The translations under genes and the position numbers were made by a program. The notes under the pieces were generated by a model that was not told the DNA's origin, ran no database searches, and saw nothing but the letters and a program-made list of their open reading frames with translations. Shown here one piece after another: positions 45,698 through 53,551 of a stretch of DNA of 64,000 nt (position 1 is the first letter of the stretch; each line of letters begins with the position of its first letter). This DNA is from a virus, in IMG/VR virus record IMGVR_UViG_3300047281_000098, positions 1 to 64,000 of that record. The stretch is one strand, 5' to 3'.

Positions 45698-45858
45698 CTA
45701 CCAATTACAGTTGGCAGTACAATGGTGCTGCCCCGTTCATAGATATCATGCAATGGTGCGTTGATACTTTTGAAAATGCTAACTGGTCTGCCAACTGGGA
45801 AACTTTTAGTTTCAATAATGAAAAAGATTATGTTTGGTTTGTATTGAGGTGGCAATGA
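45694..45858 (+). CDS. LRW-family protein
   Basis: WCVDTF...FNNEKDYVWFVLRWQ. Confidence 0.8.
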   Translation: MTTNYSWQYNGAAPFIDIMQWCVDTFENANWSANWETFSFNNEKDYVWFVLRWQ

Positions 45859-46097
45859 GAAAACTAATTCCAAATAATATAACTGTTACTGAACAGATTG
45901 CGATCCATCGTCAGTTTTTTAATATGGTTGGAAAATGGCGTCGTAGTCAGCAGCCTGTTTTAAGAAAGGATGAATACTTGCAGTGTTTGGAAGAGGACAG
46001 CGGTGTTCGGTGCCAATATAGTAGCGGTGGTCAGTTGACAGGATTCGAAGTTATTGATGAAAAGACTTATACCTGGTTTGTGTTGAAATGGACATGA
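45855..46097 (+). CDS. LRW-family protein
   Basis: ends DEKTYTWFVLKWT. Confidence 0.8.
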   Translation: MRKLIPNNITVTEQIAIHRQFFNMVGKWRRSQQPVLRKDEYLQCLEEDSGVRCQYSSGGQLTGFEVIDEKTYTWFVLKWT

Positions 46098-46330
46098 ACG
46101 ATACTACAAGTTGGATTACCTTTGGTAAAGACCATTATCATTTAAACAGGGTAATGGAGCAGTGGTGTCACGAACATATCGGGCAAGGTGGATGGGCACA
46201 CGAAACACCAAAGGCTTGGGGATGTATGATGGGCGATAAGATTTGGGTAATGCATAGTATGTTTGGTAACACAACTTTTTGCTTTAAAGAAGAAAAAGAC
46301 TTTATGTGGTTTAAGTTGAGGTGGGCATGA
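46094..46330 (+). CDS. LRW-family protein
   Basis: WCHEHIG...FKEEKDFMWFKLRWA. Confidence 0.8.
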   Translation: MNDTTSWITFGKDHYHLNRVMEQWCHEHIGQGGWAHETPKAWGCMMGDKIWVMHSMFGNTTFCFKEEKDFMWFKLRWA

Positions 46331-46554
46331 GTTTTATAACAGTTTCGCGTAATTTGAACGCTGATGAGTTAAGAGATTGGTTAGTCACCAATGTTGGAAA
46401 AGAGATCGGCAAGGGAGCTTATGCTAGAAAATGTGGCGACGGATGGGACTTGGATACGACCATTGGTTACAGGGAAATTCCCGCTGTCTTAAAATGGGGC
46501 ATAACCATTGATGACGAAGCATTAGCAGTATTTTTTAAATTGAGGTGGGCATGA
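46327..46554 (+). CDS. LRW-family protein
   Basis: WLVTNVG...DDEALAVFFKLRWA. Confidence 0.8.
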   Translation: MSFITVSRNLNADELRDWLVTNVGKEIGKGAYARKCGDGWDLDTTIGYREIPAVLKWGITIDDEALAVFFKLRWA

Positions 46555-46865
46555 ATAATAAAACAATTGAAGATTTTGTAATCCGTTACGGTGCCAAAGT
46601 AAATTACGAACAAAGACGCGACTATAATACTTATAATACTATGGGTAGGGCAATGGATTACTATTCATTGGATTACTATGGCAATGGTAACAGCATAGTA
46701 GGCATTGAACTACCTTTAAAGGCATTTGAGCACTTAGTCAACTCGGATAATCAAGCTGATGTAGACTATCAAGCTGGTAAGGAAGAGGCTCGCATTCGTG
46801 CTCGGTATCCATCAGTAGCAGAAGCGTATGCTCAATATAAAATGTTACTTGAACTATGCAGATAA
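46551..46865 (+). CDS. hypothetical protein (non-LRW array member)
   Basis: ends YPSVAEAYAQYKMLLELCR. Confidence 0.78.
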   Translation: MNNKTIEDFVIRYGAKVNYEQRRDYNTYNTMGRAMDYYSLDYYGNGNSIVGIELPLKAFEHLVNSDNQADVDYQAGKEEARIRARYPSVAEAYAQYKMLLELCR

Positions 46866-47251
46866 TTGAATATATTAAAGACAAGTATCTAACTTGGCGT
46901 ACTGGCCAAGATAAGCAAACACGCGATTGGAATAAGTGGTTGTATGAAACTGTTCTATTTCGTGCTGACACGATTGAAAATATGTTTGTGAACTTTAAAT
47001 ACATACTACCAGTGTCCGTAGAGATATTTGATCTTGAAGAACCGTTTGGATGGGCACTGGGCGATGACATTCGACAGTATATGTATCCTAACCGAGCATT
47101 AGGTGACTGTGCGGTTCATTACTTTGCGCGTGGGTTTCGCCATCAATGGGATGGTCGCTTTCACCTTAATGAAATTAGCGGTGGTGATCAAGTGTTTATA
47201 GCAACTAACAACAGCAAGGATGCTATGATGATAGCATTGAAGTATTCATGA
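46856..47251 (+). CDS. LRW-related protein
   Basis: ends KDAMMIALKYS. Confidence 0.78.
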   Translation: MQIIEYIKDKYLTWRTGQDKQTRDWNKWLYETVLFRADTIENMFVNFKYILPVSVEIFDLEEPFGWALGDDIRQYMYPNRALGDCAVHYFARGFRHQWDGRFHLNEISGGDQVFIATNNSKDAMMIALKYS

Positions 47252-47580
47252 ACGATTTACAAATAGAAATACACAAGCGCACTATGAAGCTGCTATCTAC
47301 TGTAATGGCACAATCTATTATAGGGGTGCAACCTATGCCAAATACTGGTATCTTCAATGTAAGGTTTAGTAAATCTAAATATAAATTCAACCGTGCTAAA
47401 TGGTATGTAGCAGTGTATAACTACAACTATTATTACGAAGTAGTTGAATGGTGTGCTGAACAGTTCGGCCCACATCCCGAGCAACCAGATGCTTGGAGTC
47501 GTTGGGTACACAAATACGAAGATACGATTCACTTCCGTGATGAAAAAGATTATATTTGGTTTACATTGAGGTGGTCATGA
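47248..47580 (+). CDS. LRW-family protein with major-capsid-like GVQPM fragment
   Basis: MAQSIIGVQPMPNTGIF ... WCAEQFG ... FRDEKDYIWFTLRWS. Confidence 0.82.
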   Translation: MNDLQIEIHKRTMKLLSTVMAQSIIGVQPMPNTGIFNVRFSKSKYKFNRAKWYVAVYNYNYYYEVVEWCAEQFGPHPEQPDAWSRWVHKYEDTIHFRDEKDYIWFTLRWS

Positions 47581-47765
47581 AATTACTGGAAGACTACTCA
47601 GTATCATTGAGCGCAGACAGATGGATCAAAATAAAAGAACAATTAACAAAAGTTGAATCTAATTCATTGGTGTCTATTACTTGGACAGGTCCGTTTGAAA
47701 GAACCAGAATATTACGATTTAAATCTGAGAATGATGCATTGATATTTGTATTGAGGTGGAGCTAA
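47577..47765 (+). CDS. LRW-family protein
   Basis: ends FKSENDALIFVLRWS. Confidence 0.8.
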   Translation: MKLLEDYSVSLSADRWIKIKEQLTKVESNSLVSITWTGPFERTRILRFKSENDALIFVLRWS

Positions 47766-48016
47766 TGATTACATATAAAGTACTGTGGACCGAGTTACCA
47801 CATATTAAAGTACCGGTATTACACACGGTAATGTATGCTCACAGTACAGATGGAGTAGACGCAAAATATCAACGAAGTTATAAGGATCATTTAGTAGATG
47901 AGTGGTTAAAAGCAAACTGTCGGGCGCCTTACTATCACTCTACCTATCATACAGAAAAGTTTATACAATTTGAAGATGATGAAGATGCTATGTGGTTTTC
48001 TTTGAGGTGGTCATGA
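47765..48016 (+). CDS. LRW-family protein
   Basis: ends FEDDEDAMWFSLRWS. Confidence 0.8.
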   Translation: MITYKVLWTELPHIKVPVLHTVMYAHSTDGVDAKYQRSYKDHLVDEWLKANCRAPYYHSTYHTEKFIQFEDDEDAMWFSLRWS

Positions 48017-48273
48017 TATATAACGAAATAGAACAAGACATTATAAACAGAGCAGGCAAGGAACTATCCAGTGAAATTGACTTCCATGTACTTGCTGATT
48101 TATACTCACAAGACGGCTGGACTGAAGTTAATTTGCCGAGACAGCCCAGAGAAACAGTAGTTGAGATTCTATCCTGGTGTGCGAGTCATAATATTAAGTG
48201 CTATGGCAGAGGGCAACGATGGGTGTTTGAGAAGAAGCAAGACGCCTTGTTCTTTAGTTTGAGGTGGGCATGA
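48013..48273 (+). CDS. LRW-family protein with major-capsid-like helix
   Basis: EIEQDII...KELSSEIDFHVLADL ... FEKKQDALFFSLRWA. Confidence 0.82.
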   Translation: MIYNEIEQDIINRAGKELSSEIDFHVLADLYSQDGWTEVNLPRQPRETVVEILSWCASHNIKCYGRGQRWVFEKKQDALFFSLRWA

Positions 48274-48449
48274 TTGTTACATTACCATATGATCCAGCAT
48301 GGAAAGCATTAGAATGGGCTAAAGACCATTGTCCTGATTATGTTACTAATGAAGTACACCCCCACAAAGCATGGATTCGCCCGATTCAGATTGACTACTT
48401 CTTTTCGTCCGAGCGAGATGCTGTATTTTTTAGTTTGAGGTGGGTATGA
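48270..48449 (+). CDS. LRW-family protein
   Basis: ends FSSERDAVFFSLRWV. Confidence 0.8.
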   Translation: MIVTLPYDPAWKALEWAKDHCPDYVTNEVHPHKAWIRPIQIDYFFSSERDAVFFSLRWV

Positions 48450-48691
48450 AATACTTTAGCAGTAGCGGAGGCAACAATAAACCATACTTTGCCCATCGTA
48501 TTAAATTACCCAAAGTGGTTAGTGAAGCATATGACTGGTGCTTAGAGTACCCAGATCAAGATAGACCCTTTAGAAGATTCCATGTAGAATGGGATCATTA
48601 TCCAGAGGGAAAATACGGGCATAAAGGTTATGAAATTATTCAATTTGAGTGGGAAGAAGCCGCCATTATGTTTACATTGAGGTGGTTATGA
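48446..48691 (+). CDS. LRW-family protein
   Basis: ends FEWEEAAIMFTLRWL. Confidence 0.8.
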   Translation: MKYFSSSGGNNKPYFAHRIKLPKVVSEAYDWCLEYPDQDRPFRRFHVEWDHYPEGKYGHKGYEIIQFEWEEAAIMFTLRWL

Positions 48692-48957
48692 GAGTAGAGT
48701 TTAGACAAGGTGTGCCTGACGGATGTGCCCGGTGGCTACGTGAGAATGTTGGACTGGGTAATATTGAGGAAGACAGCAACAACAAGAGAACACGGCAGGG
48801 GATGATTGACATGCCTGAGTATGCTTGGTTCTATGAGCGGGTAGCAATTATACCCGACGATGCCTTGAGTCTGCTTTACGAGTCCATTCATTATGTTCCT
48901 ACTATCACAGTTAAAGATCCCGAGTTGGCTACATTTTTTAGTTTGAGGTGGTTATAA
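48688..48957 (+). CDS. LRW-family protein
   Basis: ends KDPELATFFSLRWL. Confidence 0.8.
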   Translation: MRVEFRQGVPDGCARWLRENVGLGNIEEDSNNKRTRQGMIDMPEYAWFYERVAIIPDDALSLLYESIHYVPTITVKDPELATFFSLRWL

Positions 48958-49172
48958 TGGTAGACTGGCTTAATGACAGCTCTGACGAAGTTTATTGCGC
49001 TGATTCAGAAGCGTTTGAAAACTTTTTTCATGACTTCTGCCTAAATGGAAAAGCCAAAGGAGCAGAATGGGGTCCTGACTATTGGGAACAACATGGCATT
49101 AAGGTTGTGAACAGTAGAGTAGAATATGATACCCCTGCACATCGCACTATGTTTTTATTGAGGTGGTTATGA
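48957..49172 (+). CDS. LRW-family protein
   Basis: ends RTMFLLRWL. Confidence 0.8.
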   Translation: MVDWLNDSSDEVYCADSEAFENFFHDFCLNGKAKGAEWGPDYWEQHGIKVVNSRVEYDTPAHRTMFLLRWL

Positions 49173-49432
49173 AGAAACCTAAACCAAAGAAGCCAAAAGC
49201 TAAAATACCCAAAGGTGCATTGATAGTTGACTACGGCTTGTATCGTGTAATCCTACCTTATAAACACCCGATTGACTTGTATAATAACAAAGAATTAGAT
49301 ATAATATGTGAATGGTGCGATAGAACATTTCCAAAAGATGATTGGAGATGTAGCAGAAGTAGCTGGCCAGGTCATGTCTACTTTTTAAAAGAAAGCTATC
49401 TGACAATGTTTTTATTGATGTGGGCAAAATAA
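49169..49432 (+). CDS. LRW-family protein
   Basis: WCDRTF...TMFLLMWAK. Confidence 0.78.
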   Translation: MKKPKPKKPKAKIPKGALIVDYGLYRVILPYKHPIDLYNNKELDIICEWCDRTFPKDDWRCSRSSWPGHVYFLKESYLTMFLLMWAK

Positions 49433-49433
49433 T

Positions 49434-49874
49434 ATGGTTCAGCTAACTAGACCTGTACCGCCAAAACCAAGCATGATACCGTGGCCATATAAGTTGCCTC
49501 GCAATAAATTAGAAAGACAAGAAGATATGGCTAAATGGGAAATACATAAACGAGCAGGCAATCTAGTAGAAGCTGCTTGGTGGCACTGGATGCCAGGGGT
49601 AACAATTAATGTTAAATGGCCTGTTGGTTTAGTATTTGTGCTTGATGAAAAAGATCGTCGGTGGGATTGGACCATGGGAACAACCAAGCAATCATTTGAC
49701 TCGGCGGACCCTAACGACCATTATAGACCTTGGCTTGAAAAGAATGTTGGCAAGCAGGGATGGGATTGGCAATGGGGACTTAGAGATAACAACGCAGCAG
49801 AGAATAGACTTACTATTAAAGTTAGAACTAAACATGCCAAGTGGGCAACAGTCGCCTCACTTCTGTGGGGATAA
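49434..49874 (+). CDS. LRW-related protein
   Basis: WLEKNVGKQGWDW...ASLLWG. Confidence 0.78.
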   Translation: MVQLTRPVPPKPSMIPWPYKLPRNKLERQEDMAKWEIHKRAGNLVEAAWWHWMPGVTINVKWPVGLVFVLDEKDRRWDWTMGTTKQSFDSADPNDHYRPWLEKNVGKQGWDWQWGLRDNNAAENRLTIKVRTKHAKWATVASLLWG

Positions 49875-49877
49875 GTA

Positions 49878-50099
49878 ATGGATTTTGACTTCAACAAGGA
49901 AAAGCGATTTATCCTTGTCCCTGCTAATCTTGAGTTTTCAAAACTCATGGTCATACTAACTGATATGGACTATTGGAACACACATTACGAAGCACTCAAA
50001 GACTGGTGCGATCTACAACTAGGAACTAATCAAGTTGGGATGACGGTTGAGTTCGACAGTGAGCAGGACCTGATGTTGTTTATATTAAGATGGAGCTAG
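49878..50099 (+). CDS. LRW-family protein
   Basis: ends FDSEQDLMLFILRWS. Confidence 0.8.
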   Translation: MDFDFNKEKRFILVPANLEFSKLMVILTDMDYWNTHYEALKDWCDLQLGTNQVGMTVEFDSEQDLMLFILRWS

Positions 50100-50100
50100 A

Positions 50101-50367
50101 GTGAAACACATATTCAGAAATTTAATTCGCAAAGAGAAATGGACTCTTGTGGAAATTAAGCCGACCAAGGACACAATGTGGTCTTCTGGTGGGGAAGATT
50201 TAAATCGGCAAGACTATATTAAAATGCGGAATTGGTGCGAACAAACTTTTCACAAAGAAGTATTCGCCACTTCATTACAATCAGTACACGGAGTTAGTCC
50301 TGGATTGAAACGATTCATATTCAACAATCCCGCAGATGCCACGATGTTCAGATTGCGTTGGGAATGA
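50101..50367 (+). CDS. LRW-family protein
   Basis: WCEQTF...FNNPADATMFRLRWE. Confidence 0.8.
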   Translation: MKHIFRNLIRKEKWTLVEIKPTKDTMWSSGGEDLNRQDYIKMRNWCEQTFHKEVFATSLQSVHGVSPGLKRFIFNNPADATMFRLRWE

Positions 50368-50597
50368 CTAAGACCTCTGTTACAGTTTACGGTGCGTATG
50401 CTCCAATGCTAAAATGGCTAAGTGACAACATAGGCGCGGAGCTTCACAGTATGCCAATTGTTTTTTGGTACGGAAAAGGTTGGTTCATGAAACGCACATC
50501 TGATATTAGAGAAGAAAGAGTTGGACTCAGGGCTGGCTGGTCAGTTGATTTTGATGATGATCAGAATGCGACATGGTTCGCATTAATATGGGGATAA
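50364..50597 (+). CDS. LRW-family protein
   Basis: WLSDNIG...FDDDQNATWFALIWG. Confidence 0.8.
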   Translation: MTKTSVTVYGAYAPMLKWLSDNIGAELHSMPIVFWYGKGWFMKRTSDIREERVGLRAGWSVDFDDDQNATWFALIWG

Positions 50598-50598
50598 T

Positions 50599-50874
50599 AT
50601 GGCAATTTTAAATACACACGCACATGGATACTTTAGAGCAGTTGAATACGAGACAATAGAAGTAATAGACATGCCTCGCACCTACGGCGCCAAGAAAGTA
50701 TACACGTATGATTGTAGGGCAAAGTCAGAAGATCCAAGCATTATTGTAAAATGGTGCAGAAGAAACTTTGGGCAGCGAGGTGATGGTTGGGACTTTACTT
50801 TTCACTCAGACCGTGTTACAATAGAGATTACAAAAGACGAGTTTAAGACAATGTACGAAATGTGGAAACTATAA
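50599..50874 (+). CDS. LRW-related protein
   Basis: WCRRNFGQRGDGW...MYEMWKL. Confidence 0.78.
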   Translation: MAILNTHAHGYFRAVEYETIEVIDMPRTYGAKKVYTYDCRAKSEDPSIIVKWCRRNFGQRGDGWDFTFHSDRVTIEITKDEFKTMYEMWKL

Positions 50875-51419
50875 TGGCAAATAATGTAATGATAGATTTG
50901 GAAACGCTGGACACAAGTCCATTCTGCGTTATCCTCACGATTGGAGCAGTAGTATTCGACCCTAAGGGCAACGGTATCGTTGACAAGATTGATCTGCGAC
51001 CTTCAATTGAAGAACAACTTGATATGGGCAGAGTTATCAACGATGAAACTGTTAAGTGGTGGGGCAATCAAAGTGAGGCGGCGCAACATGAAGCACTAGG
51101 TGATCATGACCGAATTCCCTTCAAGGAAGCAATGGAGAAACTTCATAAATTCTGTTGGAACAAAGGTAACCCCTGGAGTCACGGCGCAGCGTTTGACATT
51201 GTAGCAGTGGAAACATCTTGGGCCAGCTTTAAGATGCAACCACCATGGGACTTTTACAAAGTACGAGACACACGAACATTGTTTGATGTTACTGGAGTGA
51301 ATCTTAAAGACGGTGGTTATGTGACAACTCACAAGGCTTCCGAAGATGCGGCACGTCAGGCATTCATTGTACAGAAGGCGTATAAGATTCTCATTGCCGC
51401 CGGAGTAACCCCTCCGTGA
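50874..51419 (+). CDS. DEDDh 3'-5' exonuclease (DexA-like)
   Basis: MIDLETL, SHGAAFD, RDTRT, HKASEDA; start at 50874. Confidence 0.9.
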   Translation: MANNVMIDLETLDTSPFCVILTIGAVVFDPKGNGIVDKIDLRPSIEEQLDMGRVINDETVKWWGNQSEAAQHEALGDHDRIPFKEAMEKLHKFCWNKGNPWSHGAAFDIVAVETSWASFKMQPPWDFYKVRDTRTLFDVTGVNLKDGGYVTTHKASEDAARQAFIVQKAYKILIAAGVTPP

Positions 51420-51423
51420 AATT

Positions 51424-51678
51424 ATGAAGATTAATCCTAAACTTAAACCAGACGAGTTAGCTCTTTTATCAGTAGATTCTGCTAGGAGATATTTTCTATT
51501 AAACGTTAATACCACTAAACTAGCACCGGACGAAGATTCTATACAGCATGAGTTTGCACTGTGGTTAGAAACAGAATACTCCTGTAAAATGTGGCGCCCG
51601 TATAAAGGAGCAACAAGACGGTTGAAATTTAATGATATGGCTAAATTAGTTTGGTTTAAACTCAAATATGAAATTTAA
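51424..51678 (+). CDS. LRW-related protein
   Basis: ends FNDMAKLVWFKLKYEI. Confidence 0.7.
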   Translation: MKINPKLKPDELALLSVDSARRYFLLNVNTTKLAPDEDSIQHEFALWLETEYSCKMWRPYKGATRRLKFNDMAKLVWFKLKYEI

Positions 51679-52267
51679 CGGTGACGTTGACATTGATCTA
51701 GGAAACAGGGACTTACTGTTGGAACACATTAAGCATATTCCTGCGGCTATGCGTAATATAACACCTATAAGAAAGCACTCCACTGGAATTCATATCACTG
51801 ATATTCCATATGATCCTATCAATAATATCGCGTCAATTGACTATGCCGCTGCTGAATCGCGCGGGTATTTTAAGCTGGACTTGCTGAATGTTCATGTATA
51901 TGCTAATGTACGTGATGAGTCACATTTAGTAGAATTAATGCGCGAGCCAGATTGGAATCTACTGAATGACAGAGAATTTGTAAGTACGCTTATACATTTA
52001 GGTAATCATTATCAAAGTATACAGCGTATGATTGAGCCTATCAATAGTATTCCCAGACTGGCTATGTTTCTGGCAATGATCAGACCTGCAAAAAAGCATC
52101 TGATAGGCTTGCCATGGAGTGAGGTTGCGAAGACTATTTGGGAGAAAGATAGTGACGGCGGGTATAGCTTTAAGAGAAGTCACGCAGTTGCGTATTCACA
52201 GTTAGTCACTGTACATATGAATCTGTTACAGGAAATGCCTGTTACGAAATTCTTTTCACAAGAGTAA
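51668..52267 (+). CDS. miniature DNA polymerase III alpha (C-family) catalytic core
   Basis: GDVDID, KHSTGI, GYFKLDLLN, LAMIRP, YSFKRSHAVAYS in only 199 aa. Confidence 0.85.
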   Translation: MKFNGDVDIDLGNRDLLLEHIKHIPAAMRNITPIRKHSTGIHITDIPYDPINNIASIDYAAAESRGYFKLDLLNVHVYANVRDESHLVELMREPDWNLLNDREFVSTLIHLGNHYQSIQRMIEPINSIPRLAMFLAMIRPAKKHLIGLPWSEVAKTIWEKDSDGGYSFKRSHAVAYSQLVTVHMNLLQEMPVTKFFSQE

Positions 52268-52622
52268 TGGATCTTCTTTTTGATCGACGCTTGCTTAGGT
52301 CTGACATACTACATACGGGGCCGTGTAGTATTACTAAGCTTTTGTTATTGAATGTTCTGATATATGGTCTGAAGATTGCCCAATCTTCTTTTAAAAACAA
52401 GTTGATAGGGATAAGTCTGTTGCTTTCCCACCACCATATATCACCTAATTCTAGAAATTTCTCTTTAACTGCTAAGTCCTGTATAGCACCATAATCATAT
52501 ATAGTGGTAACGACATCATCACGATTCTGAACAATTCCCACGTAGTCTTGGCTGGCGTATGAACAGATTGTGATGAAAGGGTGATTCTCGCTTAGGCGTT
52601 TAAAGAATTCGTTAGGTATCAT
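52242..52622 (-). CDS. conserved hypothetical late protein
   Basis: TAAATA upstream on minus strand; WWWESNRLIPIN; basic tail. Confidence 0.75.
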   Translation of the reverse strand: MIPNEFFKRLSENHPFITICSYASQDYVGIVQNRDDVVTTIYDYGAIQDLAVKEKFLELGDIWWWESNRLIPINLFLKEDWAIFRPYIRTFNNKSLVILHGPVCSMSDLSKRRSKRRSITLVKRIS

Positions 52623-52727
52623 TGATAATGTGTATTAAGTTTATTTATCTGCGGAAAGAATTCGGGTATTATTCCTGAATGACTAAATATAAGATATGCT
52701 AAATATAACATTAGAAGCGAATAACAA

Positions 52728-53501
52728 ATGTATGCAACCTCAGTTTTCTCCTATATCCCTCGGCAAATTGTCGTTGTCTTATCCGGCAACTCGGTAAGGA
52801 AATATATGCCCGTTTATGCTAAACCACTCACATTACACAAAGGTGTCGACAACCAGCTGCAGTTTCAGTTCCTTAATCAAGAGCAGAAACCTGTTAATAT
52901 CACTGGTGCGGAGATCACATGCCGTATTTTAAACTATCAAGGTAATACTGTGCTTCTTCAGAAAGCACTGACCCTACAATTAGCAGCCACAGGTATTGCT
53001 GCTCTTCAACTAAACGCAGCAGACATTGAGGGTATTGATCCACAAAAATGCTATTACACATTAGAAATTCCAGTTGGTAGTTTCAATTACCCAGTATTCG
53101 TGGATCAGAACGCAGGTGGTCGCGGTGATCTAAACATCGTTAATTCTATTCTACCAAGCTTTGTGCCGTCACAAAGTGTGTCTATTCCTACTGGGCAATT
53201 GTTCCCGAATAACAATTCAAGCGCAAATGCCAATTCAAACGCACTAACATATTTTACCAGTGTTTGGTCAACTGATGATAATCCAATTTCAACTATTCAA
53301 GCAGAATACACTGGGTTTTATGGTAACGTTCAGATTCAAGGTTCCACAATAGTAGACGGTGATTGGTATAACATTGGAAACACGTATGTCTATTCAAACG
53401 TATCCGATACCATTGGATATTCCTTTACTGGATATCATCCATACATCCAAGTACAATTCATCAGTAATATTGGTGATGTTACTAACATTTTAAGAAGATA
53501 G
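52728..53501 (+). CDS. putative virion structural protein
   Basis: late boxes upstream; beta-rich; baseplate-like QFLNQEQKPVNITG segment. Confidence 0.65.
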   Translation: MYATSVFSYIPRQIVVVLSGNSVRKYMPVYAKPLTLHKGVDNQLQFQFLNQEQKPVNITGAEITCRILNYQGNTVLLQKALTLQLAATGIAALQLNAADIEGIDPQKCYYTLEIPVGSFNYPVFVDQNAGGRGDLNIVNSILPSFVPSQSVSIPTGQLFPNNNSSANANSNALTYFTSVWSTDDNPISTIQAEYTGFYGNVQIQGSTIVDGDWYNIGNTYVYSNVSDTIGYSFTGYHPYIQVQFISNIGDVTNILRR

Positions 53502-53551
53502 ATCACCGTATCTATTGTATTTTCGTGTTCACTATGTTATAATAGATGAAC

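Larger units (their letters stand above)
44938..50874 (+). other. tandem array of about 23 small coupled genes, most ending F-x-L-(R/K)-W-x
   Basis: shared C-terminal motif; 11 junctions with exact TTGAGGTGG. Confidence 0.92.

Noticed and set aside
44938-50874. CRISPR array or integron
   Set aside because: Repeats are 9-15 bp, lie in coding junctions and are irregularly spaced; no attC-like palindromes, integrase or cas genes are visible.
51668-52267. dnaE pseudogene
   Set aside because: Single open frame with all catalytic motifs in order and no adjacent frameshifted remnants.
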